Notes under the pieces: model-generated
Told to the model about the DNA's origin: nothing
What the model saw: only the letters and a program-made list of their open reading frames with translations
Databases searched by the model: none
Assembly (NCBI GenBank): GCA_900540085.1
Contig: UQEU01000002.1
Coordinates: 20,833 to 84,832 of the forward strand
DNA: 64,000 nt
Source: an uncultured Eubacteriales bacterium
Lineage (GTDB): Bacteria > Bacillota > Clostridia > Oscillospirales > Acutalibacteraceae
Reading direction: 5' to 3'
Part shown: one piece after another, positions 29,760-38,700 of the stretch
Position numbering within the stretch: position 1 is the first letter of the stretch
Layout of the letters: the number at the start of each line of letters is the position of its first letter
Translations under genes and position numbers: made by a program

Positions 29760-30720
29760 TTATTCCTTGAAAACACCAAATGTACCTTTAAAACCATATT
29801 TGCGTAACTTGATTTTTTTAATCCGTAGTGCAGCCGAGTCATTTGATTCGAACTCTGTAAAATACCAAGTTGCATTCGGAGATATGTTAGCAATTATTTT
29901 TTTGATATAGACACTATCAACTTTCCCATAACTAAACCCATATGAATATACTTTGTCGATAGAGGAATTCAATTTCTTGAAAAATTCATTATACTTTTTC
30001 AATGGTGAGTTAGTATCTTTTCTGAAAGACAGTATCATCTCATCCAAAAATGATGAACTTATGCAGGGTCCCTCATCAAAATTTAAATTCTGATAAAGTC
30101 CTGTTCAGTCATCTTTTTCATGCCCAAAAATCAGTTTTTGACCAATTCGATTATGAATGTGAATTACTTTTTTGATACCATATAGTTTTTGGAAAGTTTT
30201 GGTATAATTAAAAGTGAAAAACTGCATATTAGGATCTCTAAACAAATCAATCAATGTTTTCTTTGGCATAAATTCAGAACCTTCGATTCTTTTTTGGATA
30301 TTCTTTATCCACACCCTAAAAAAGTCTTGCCATATTTTCGAACAATTGATAAAGCCGCTTATAAGCACATCCATGTATAAAAGATAATTTTGCATTAACT
30401 CTTGATCTTCTTCGTCGGTTTCATCTTCTTTATGATTGGGCCTAGGAAATTTATTATCAAAGTTAATATGGGCGAGAGCCTCTTCAAAATTACACCAATT
30501 CTCGCCAGCAGATTTATCCATTGAGTTTAATAAAATTTCCGTAGCAAACTCATCTGGATCAATATTTGAAAAATCCTCTAGATACACTACCTCATCTCGA
30601 AGGTTCACAACCTCCGGATACATTTCAATGATGAATGATCTAAAATCACTATATTTACTTGGAATACCATGAGCAACGTCAAATCCATTACCAGCAATAA
30701 ATAATGAGCTAATATCGATC
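29760..30720 (-). pseudogene. AbiH-family abortive-infection gene, disrupted (internal stop/frameshift near 30048-30104 and no canonical start)
   Basis: The in-frame upstream extension encodes IAGNGFDVAHGIPSKYSDF, which is the AbiH N-terminal GNGFD motif. Later come FTFNYTKTFQKLYG...IHIHNRIGQ, the AbiH FNYT/HIHG motifs. The C-terminal part continues in ORF 29760..30047 in another frame. Confidence 0.6.
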
Positions 30721-30724
30721 CCTC

Positions 30725-31150
30725 CTAAATCAGCACACCATCACAATGATCCACTTCATGCTGAATGATCTGTGCCGTCCAACCAGTGTAGATCTTGATG
30801 CAAGTTTGCATATCTAAGGTCTGATACTTGACCTTGATGGATCTATAGCGCTTGCACGGGCACGGACCACCGAGAAGTGACAGACAACCTTCCTCTGTGT
30901 CGTACACACCGTCTTTTTTGATAATCTCGGGATTGAGCATCACGGTATATGTAGGAGCTCGTCCACTCTCATCAAGGAATGCAATGATGCGCTTGCGCAC
31001 GCCGATCATATTCGCTGCCATACCGACACAACTTTCCTTGTGCGCCATCAGCGTATCAAGCAAGTCTTGAGCGACCTGCAAATCTTCTTTTATCGCAACC
31101 TCCGAATTCCTTGCAAGAAATATCGGATCATGCATTAGTTCTTTAACCAT
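30725..31150 (-). CDS. def: Peptide deformylase (island-borne copy)
   Basis: Motifs GMAANMIG, EGCLS and HEVDH. 141 aa. GC content higher than the flanking DNA. Confidence 0.85.
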   Translation of the reverse strand: MVKELMHDPIFLARNSEVAIKEDLQVAQDLLDTLMAHKESCVGMAANMIGVRKRIIAFLDESGRAPTYTVMLNPEIIKKDGVYDTEEGCLSLLGGPCPCKRYRSIKVKYQTLDMQTCIKIYTGWTAQIIQHEVDHCDGVLI

Positions 31151-31343
31151 ATCATCTTCCCTCGCAAAAATCTCAATATATCTTAATGCAAATTCAGAAT
31201 TACAATTATTGTATTTATTGAGGCTTTCCTTGGATAGTATGTAAACAACGTATATCTATCACCTATGCAAAATTCCATCAATGCAAGTTTCAACTTTTTA
31301 GTATCAAAGTTTAAAGCGGTCTATTTATCCAGCCCGCGCGCAA

Positions 31344-32968
31344 TTATTGTTTTTCCCCCCAAGACCTACCAAATAGTTCTTCGCCGTTAGGGGCAAGTCT
31401 TAATTTTGCATAGCGAGTAAGCATTTCTGCCGTTTTATCACTATATGATTCTTGTTTATCTAAAGCAATCACGACTTGTTTGCCACAAGCAATATATTGA
31501 TTTATAATGCTTTCAACCGCATCGTCGGATATTTGTTTTAAGACAACTGAATCGTGTACCAAAATAGGCAAATTAGACAAGTGCATTATTGCTAGATCGA
31601 AGACCACAAGTCCCTTATAAGCAATACCTGTTCCCGTATCATTTGGAGTAAAGAAATGATAATTTGAAACAGTAAAATGAATTGTTGGTGCGTTGAATTT
31701 TTCTGTGTAAAGTTCGCTATTTATACGCTCCATTTCAGCATTTATCGCTTTTTCTACGATTCCAAACTGTTCGCTTTTTGCGTTTTTTAACGCTTCTTCT
31801 GCATCTTTTTTTGCCACTTTAAGTTCGTCTGCTTTTTCGTGCGCATCGTTTTCAGCGCTCATTTTATTGATTTGCTTCAAAGTATCAGCATACTTTTGCA
31901 AAACAATTTTTGAAAGATTAGGATTCTTGATCAACTGTTGCAATTGATTTTCAAGTGCAGTGACAATGGCATTGTATTCATCAAGCTGTTTTAAAAGCAC
32001 TCGCTTTTCTTCCTTCAACTCATCTTTAAATATCCCCGATATTTTCTTGTGGAAAAGTTCGATTTCTTCTATATGCCTAACATTTACTTCTGGGAAGAAT
32101 ATTTGAAGTTCTGAATATGTAGTGCTTGTTTGCGAAAATCTGTACTCGATATTTTCATCCAACGTGATTAATTTGCTCTTTATATTGCTTCTCTCGATAA
32201 CTCTTTTTTTATACGAACAGCCTCTTCAGAAGCAGTTGCATCAGCATCAAGCAATCCTCGTTCAAGACCGGATGAAATATTTGCGATTTCACGTTGCAGT
32301 TTTTCGATTTCCTTCTGATTTCTGTTGTATTCTCTTTTTCCTATTTTGGATACGTACTGAAGTTTTTGTGCCTTTTCAAAAACCGAAAGAGCATCCTTAG
32401 ACGCATCTGCATTTCTTTCTAATTGTGCGATTATTTGATATCTTCCAAAAAGCTTAAGCAAAGTTAGACAAGCTTTATTTCCATTTTCACCCGAGACAGC
32501 ATTTAGTGGACGAGATTCGTCGATGTTTTTCTTGCCGTATGCGCGAATATATCTGCCAACCGCATCTCTAAATGATAGTTGCGGAATATTAACATTATAT
32601 TTTTCTGAAAGCCACTTGCAATAAGCAACATTTGAAAAGGATTCCATTGGATTATAGTTTTCATCGCATTTCCAAACAGTATTGCTATCCGTATTTTTGC
32701 GAGAAAAATAATAAAAACTTCCATTAAACTCAAATTTGAAGCAGATATTGTGAGGGGCGACATTATTCAAAATATCGGAAGATTCTGCGTATGTGCTTCC
32801 ACCAAAAACGAAATCCACGATGAGCATAAACGTTGATTTACCAATAGAATTATCTGCAGTTTTCGTTCCCAACACCACATTTAACCCATCACTAAATTCA
32901 ATTTTCTTTTGATGAAATTCTTCGCAAAATATTTCACGCAACATAACGTAGCACCTCCTCTTGATCAA
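31344..32968 (-). pseudogene. RecF/SMC-like ABC ATPase (DUF2326 / ABC-three-component-system-type), split by a frameshift at about 32162-32180
   Basis: N-terminal half 32180..32968 has the Walker A region IEFSDGLNVVLGTKTADNSIGKST. C-terminal half 31344..32162 (different frame) has a coiled coil, then a signature/D-loop-like GTGIAYKGLVVFDLAIM...LPILVHDS. Together about 535 aa. Confidence 0.6.
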
Positions 32969-33144
32969 GATACTCTATTTTTCTTAAAGCAAATAAACAA
33001 TCTAACGCATCGATGAAATCGGAATATGAAGTATATTGTTCTCGTGTTTCAGAGTAAAACTCGAATATCTGCATATTTTTCTGTAAAAGCAGATTAAGTA
33101 TAGGGAGTAATTTGCTCAATACGCTTTCTTAATACGAAGTAACT

Positions 33145-33669
33145 TTATTCGGTAATTTCATAAAACACCTCACAATTCTGGGCAAAAAATGATACAACCG
33201 CTTCACACGCTATATCGGATGTGGATAGTGTTTTGGTTTTAATCCATTGCACCAAATGTTGATAAATCAATTCTTTGTCTTGTGTTTTATAATTCATCTT
33301 TATAAAACAACTACGAATTTGACCTGCGAGTATGCTCTGGTGAAATCCGTTTTTACCATCCATATCTTTCAAAACATCTCTGATAAACGTGTAGTAGTCA
33401 AAAACATAATTTTTGACCTTCCTCTTTATTGTCCTCTCGTATGAATAAAACTTATTAGCAAGCAACTTGGGATCAAAAGACAAATTCGATAGTTCTTCGT
33501 CTGTAACAGTCGAAAGTGCTTGTAATATTGATTCGATTTGATCTTCGAGGTTTAATTTTCGAAGCAAGGCATCCAATTCAGTTTCCAATAGACACCTTTC
33601 TTTTATTTCCAATAATTGAGTGTATTCCTGCGCAGTTGTGTGAAAATCCTGTGTTGGATGACATTCCAA
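33145..33669 (-). CDS. All-alpha hypothetical protein, candidate middle component of the ATPase system. Possibly fused by frameshift to the upstream HNH-like ORF.
   Basis: 174 aa, predicted helical. Overlaps ORF 33603..33956 by 67 nt in another frame. Confidence 0.35.
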   Translation of the reverse strand: MECHPTQDFHTTAQEYTQLLEIKERCLLETELDALLRKLNLEDQIESILQALSTVTDEELSNLSFDPKLLANKFYSYERTIKRKVKNYVFDYYTFIRDVLKDMDGKNGFHQSILAGQIRSCFIKMNYKTQDKELIYQHLVQWIKTKTLSTSDIACEAVVSFFAQNCEVFYEITE

Positions 33670-33956
33670 GCACAGTGCAATTTTTTTTCAAACGACTCGC
33701 AATCTTTTCCTAGTCGACGCAATCCATTTAAATTTATATATTGTTCAATGGTCGGACTATTAAGATAGATATGTGCAATCTGAAAAAGTTTTTGATCGGG
33801 TTTAACTTGTCCGCGATACTGCAACTCTTTACCGCACAAAGGACAATGATAGTTGACTTCATTCAAATGCAACCGTATTTCCGCTTCGGTCGGATTTTGT
33901 CTATCCTTATGATACGGATCTGCCTCAATTATCTTTTTTAACTCATCTTTAGTCAC
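33603..33956 (-). CDS. HNH-like zinc-ribbon protein
   Basis: 117 aa with a YHCPLCGKEL...FQIAHIY (CxxC ... HI) HNH-type motif. Confidence 0.4.
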   Translation of the reverse strand: MTKDELKKIIEADPYHKDRQNPTEAEIRLHLNEVNYHCPLCGKELQYRGQVKPDQKLFQIAHIYLNSPTIEQYINLNGLRRLGKDCESFEKKLHCAWNVIQHRIFTQLRRNTLNYWK

Positions 33957-33975
33957 TTATCTTCACATCCTTTAA

Positions 33976-34170
33976 TTATATCATTGATAAAAGTCTTGCT
34001 AAAAGCTCTTTATCTGCGGAGCAAAAATTGTAGTCTTGTATCTCTGCGGGTGTAATCCATTTAATGTCGTTGTGATCCAGCTTTTGAGAAATACCTTCCG
34101 CTATAGTAACATTAAATAGTGTGAGATGCACCGTTAAGTCTGGGTATTCGTGGATAACATCCATAAACAC
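33976..34170 (-). pseudogene. C-terminal fragment of a NUDIX (MutT-like) hydrolase
   Basis: 64 aa, GTG-initiated. Resembles the last strands and helix of MutT-type enzymes (IKWITPAEIQDYNFCSADKELLARL). No Nudix box. Confidence 0.4.
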
Positions 34171-34646
34171 ATTTCCGACCGAGAGTGTAATAGCAAATAA
34201 ACAATTATGCCAAAATAAACGCCTATTGGATCATCATTATTTATAGCATCATTATCGCAATAAATAAAAAAATTAAAACCTGTTATAATTTCTTTTGTTG
34301 TATTTGCAATTTCAGGTATATCAGAATTAATAAACCTACAAATATTCGGATCGTAGTAGCGTGACTGAAGATAGTAGTACCCTGTTTCGTTGTCGTAGTA
34401 GCCACGATAATGCAGTGGATTGGCTTCTGCTATCTCCAAATCACCTGTAATGTCTAATATTTCGCCCCAATCATCGTAAACATATTCGCAGACGATATAT
34501 CCGTCTTCATCTATTATTGCAGTTACATCTCCGAATTGGTTCGTAACATAGTAGTACTGTCGCTCATTATACAACATTCCGACAGGCGTACCGCCTGTGT
34601 CACATTGGAAATATATGAAATTCCCGTCCGTGTCTTGTTGCGACAC
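34134..34646 (-). pseudogene. Orphan RHS C-terminal module: RHS-core end plus truncated alternative CT
   Basis: First 110 aa are about 85% identical to residues near the end of the RHS core of the 1957-aa protein (YYYVTNQFGDV...YLQSRYYDPNICRFINSDI). A DPIG motif is followed by only about 30 residues before a stop. DNA 34330-34520 is about 90% identical to 36400-36620. Confidence 0.7.
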
Positions 34647-34699
34647 TCAAGATTTTGTTTTGAGTATCGCAACAATATTTTCAATTTTAATTACCGAAT

Positions 34700-34765
34700 A
34701 AACTAAAACAATATACTCCAAAAGTCCCAACGAATAGGCGGACAGTTGTCCCAAGTGTACTGCTC
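34700..34765. repeat. Copy 2 of a ~40-bp direct repeat (ACAATATAyTCCAAAArTCCCAACGrATAGGCGGA) flanking the small membrane ORF
   Basis: 34705-34750 and 35105-35150 share caatata-tccaaaa-tcccaacg-ataggcgga with 3 mismatches. The 34705-34750 copy lies just upstream (minus-strand sense) of the orphan RHS module. Confidence 0.55.
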
Positions 34766-34796
34766 TTTGTACTATAAATCACGGTAATAAACTTCA

Positions 34797-35078
34797 TTGC
34801 CTTTCATTATTAAAAACAATATCAATATTATCAGTAACACCGAAATAATAGAAATGATACCGCTCTTATTCCAAAACGCTTTTCGTATTTTTCTGTCCGA
34901 CATAGGTATAAATGTCAAAAATAATACAGGTGCAATCAAAGGGATTAGTTGAGCAGTGGGATGGCTTACACCGCCGACATATCTACCGAAATTGCTTTTA
35001 TAAATATCTTGTGCTATAAACCAAAAAGATAAAGCACAGACAATTAATACCGAATAATTAATTTTTTAGTTTTCATAC
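34797..35078 (-). pseudogene. Small three-TM membrane protein gene (candidate orphan immunity), frameshifted in an A6 homopolymer after codon 5
   Basis: ATG at 35076-35078 gives MKTKKLIIRY*. Shifting frame at the aaaaaa run gives an open 90-codon hydrophobic frame (...LIVCALSFWFIAQDIYKS...IISIISVLLIILILFLIMKGNEVYYRDL*). Confidence 0.35.
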
Positions 35079-35104
35079 AAACTCACACCTTTCGCTGCTA
35101 AAAC

Positions 35105-35175
35105 AATATATTCCAAAAATCCCAACGGATAGGCGGATAATTTGTTTTTAAACAAAATCAGTTGCCCACATAGGT
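35105..35175. repeat. Copy 1 of the ~40-bp direct repeat
   Basis: See copy 2. Located between the immunity candidate (stop 35188) and the small membrane ORF. Confidence 0.55.
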
Positions 35176-35187
35176 TTATATTTTACT

Positions 35188-35733
35188 TTACCGTACATTA
35201 TTGATTTTAGAGTCTATAAAGTTTTTAAAACTTTCGTTATCTTTAAGACAAAAAGCATAACTTGTTTGATAATCATTCCTGTTTTTACATTTCAAAATCA
35301 CAAACTCTTCACCTGTACATATTGAATTTAATATATGGTCACCTATACGGTCCTTCTTCGTTTTATCTTCTCCGTAAATATAAATTTCTACACTTTGTAT
35401 TTCATCGTAATATATCTTTTTTGCAGGTTTAATGATGATATGTCTTATAAAAGAAACTGCCCAATTATATATTATAATACAATCATCTTTTATCTTTATA
35501 TATTTTCCCTTTACAATGTAGCAAACTAACATAATTATTGATATTACAAAGTATAATACCCCAAAAAATATCATAGCAGGATAAACTTGCGGTTCAATAA
35601 AAAAATTTATAAATACCAAAAAGCAGAATATATACAAATAATTTGTAAAACATGATGAAGCAATTATCCTTAGACTAACAAAAAAATCAACAACATTGTT
35701 TTTCTTGTTAGAGTACCCAAAACGATATTTCAT
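35188..35733 (-). CDS. Two-TM membrane protein, candidate cognate immunity protein for the RHS C-terminal toxin
   Basis: 181 aa. Starts 20 nt after the rhs stop. Two hydrophobic helices in the first 70 aa, then a soluble domain with no known motif. Confidence 0.5.
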   Translation of the reverse strand: MKYRFGYSNKKNNVVDFFVSLRIIASSCFTNYLYIFCFLVFINFFIEPQVYPAMIFFGVLYFVISIIMLVCYIVKGKYIKIKDDCIIIYNWAVSFIRHIIIKPAKKIYYDEIQSVEIYIYGEDKTKKDRIGDHILNSICTGEEFVILKCKNRNDYQTSYAFCLKDNESFKNFIDSKINNVR

Positions 35734-35752
35734 TTAACACACCTCTTTAACA

Positions 35753-38700
35753 CTATATATAATCGTGATTAACAAAACGAATTGAAACCTCCATTATAAA
35801 AATGGCTACATCAGCAATAAAATTATATACACCTGGTATATCCGGAATAAATATATTCACCAATGAAACTATAGCATTTGTAAAAGATAAGGTAAATGAT
35901 TGCCAATCATTATAAATTCCTTCTACATAATCATCATTTATAGAGACCATATCAATGATTAAACCAATAAAAGGAGCAATATTTGTTTTTTCAAAATTTG
36001 GTTTAAATTTTTTTATAATATCCATAAATTCATCTTTAGGGTTATCTATAAAGTTATGAACAATATCAGTAAATGAGTTATTAAGTATTAAATCAAATCC
36101 AGATGAAAATAAATGATTAAACGCAGTTGTAAAAAATAAAGTTGCGTTCTCCATAAATTTTTTCGAAGCACTTTCCAAACCATCAAACCATTCATTAAAA
36201 TTAAATGTTTTGTCAACTAATTTAATAATATGTTCAAATATGTTTGTAAAAGTATCAATTTCAATTGCTACGCATAACCCTCTTAATGCTGCCTCAAACC
36301 AATTTGTTGTTTTATAAAATCCTGTCGGGTCAATAAAATTGATAGGGTCATTTTGACAGTATATAAAAATATTTATTCCGAGCAAAGTGTCAATACTTAC
36401 AAGAGATAATATATCGGCATTGATAAACCTGCAAATATTCGGGTCGTAGTAGCGTGACTGAAGATAGTAGTACCCTGTTTCGTTGTCGTAGTAGTAGCCA
36501 CGATAACGCAGTGGGTTGGCTTCTGCTATCTCCAAATCGCCCGTAATATCTAATATTTCGCCCCAATCACCGTAAACATATTCGCAGACGATTTTACCGT
36601 CTTCATCAGCCAAAGCAACTATATCGCCTAGTTGGTTTGTAATATAATAATATTGAATATGATTATAAACCAAGCCGAGAGGTGTGCCGTTTTCAGCGTA
36701 TTGAAAATAAATAGAATTGCCGTTTGAGTCTTTTTGTGAAATAAGTTTTCCTTGTTCGTAGTTATAAAATGTTTTGACACCGTTTATATCTTTTAAAATT
36801 CGCATACCGTTGTCATCATAATTATAACTGTACTTATTCTCGCCATCTGTTAACTCAGATAAATATCTTCCTACTTTCCACTTGAACTGTCTGTTCGCAT
36901 AAGAAACAGGATTGCCCATATCGTCGTATGTAATCGGCACTCCGTTTACCGACAACAATCTGTCTTTCCATCCATCCTGTGAATAGGCAAAATCTGACTT
37001 TTCTCCGTTAACACTTTTAGAAACAATATTGCCTCGCTCATCGTACTCATATTCACAATTGATCGTACCGTTGCTTTTAATCAACTGACCTTTTTCATCA
37101 TAAGTATAGTTTTCAATATAATCTAAATCGCCATACTTACTGTTTATTGATACAAGTTTATTATCTTTGTCATAAACAGTCTCAAAACTATATTTTTTCG
37201 ACAGATTTTCATAATAACGATTTACAATATTTCCTTCTTCGTCTATTTTATTATGAGAAGTAAAGGTAACATTGCTTTTTATTCTGCCTAAAACATTGTT
37301 TTCGTTTTCGTCATGCTCAAAATTGTATTCAAAAGATTTCGAAGAATTAGAAGAATTATTTGTTTCGGTTGAATCATTATTTATAATATCTCTTGAAAAA
37401 ACTATGCTGTTTTCACCATGTACAATATGATAAACTTGGCCAAAATGTAAAGATGTGATATCGTCCGGTATATTTTTATCTTTATTAGATTTAGTTACAA
37501 ATACTAAATGAGCTATTTCTTGACTGCCGTTTATTCCTTCACCATATAGTTTTTCTGTACAAGAATAAAAATAGTTCAATAAACTAATTGTTTTTGCGGC
37601 AAGACTTCCGTCACTATTATATTCATATGTAACATCATCTTTTTCATTGCCGTCAAAATATTGTCTGCTTACTTTTCCTTCTAAATATTCATAAGTTCTG
37701 CTTCCGCCGTTTGAGTATTTTTCAGCAATCAAATTAAACTTTTCATCATACTGATATGTTACTGCGGTTTTTCCGCCTATATCAATTTTAGAAACTTCAC
37801 CATGATTTATATAATGGAATTTATAAATGTCAAACTCGGCAAGTTCAAGAGAACCTCTGTCATTGTATGTATATTCGGTAACTTTGCCTAATCTGTTTTT
37901 TACTTTTGCAACCGTTCCGTTTGAATTGTAGGAATAAGTAACGCCTGCATTCTTGTCCGAATATGTATTTGACTCGGGAAGACCGTCTTTTGTTTTGTCA
38001 TAATCTTCAGTTGTTATATACTGTACAACTCTTCCGTATTCATCATATACGGTACGAGATATTTCTCCGTTTTCATTGCTGAAAACTATATTGTTCGCTT
38101 TATCATAAATATATTCAGATTTGTTGTCGCCATTCATTGAAGTAAGAACATTTCCTAGTATATTGTATGTATAATCTACCTTACTTACCGAAGAGCTGTC
38201 AGAATTTTTTGCAGTTAAAGTTGCAATATTGACTACATTACCGTATTCATCATAACTATATGATACAGTTTTATCTGTTTTACTGTCAACAGTTTTTGTG
38301 AGCAGACCGTTATCATAAGTATAACTTATTGTATCAAAGCAAGTCAATGATGAATCATAAACAGCAGGAATTCTGCCTGAATAATTTTCTTTTAATGTTG
38401 CTGAAATAATTAGTTCATTATTATCGTTATATACTGAATAGGTATAATTGTTTCCTGTCTGCTGACGAATCAATTTATCATTCTCATCATACGAATAATA
38501 CAAATCTTCTTCGTTATCATTACTGTGAACTTCCGAAATCAAATTATTGTTTGAATCATATTTATACGATACTTCGTCATCAGTTGTTTTATATAAAACA
38601 AGCCTATTAAATTCATCGTACTGATATTCTGTTTTATTTCCTTTTTCGTCAACTGACGAAACTATGTTAAGAGCATCATTGTAACTGTACAAAACAGTTT

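Noticed and set aside
34134-34170. Possible fusion of the orphan RHS tip with the NUDIX fragment
   Set aside because: The two ORFs overlap but are in different frames, and the NUDIX piece lacks the Nudix box. More likely these are juxtaposed gene fragments than a functional toxin domain.
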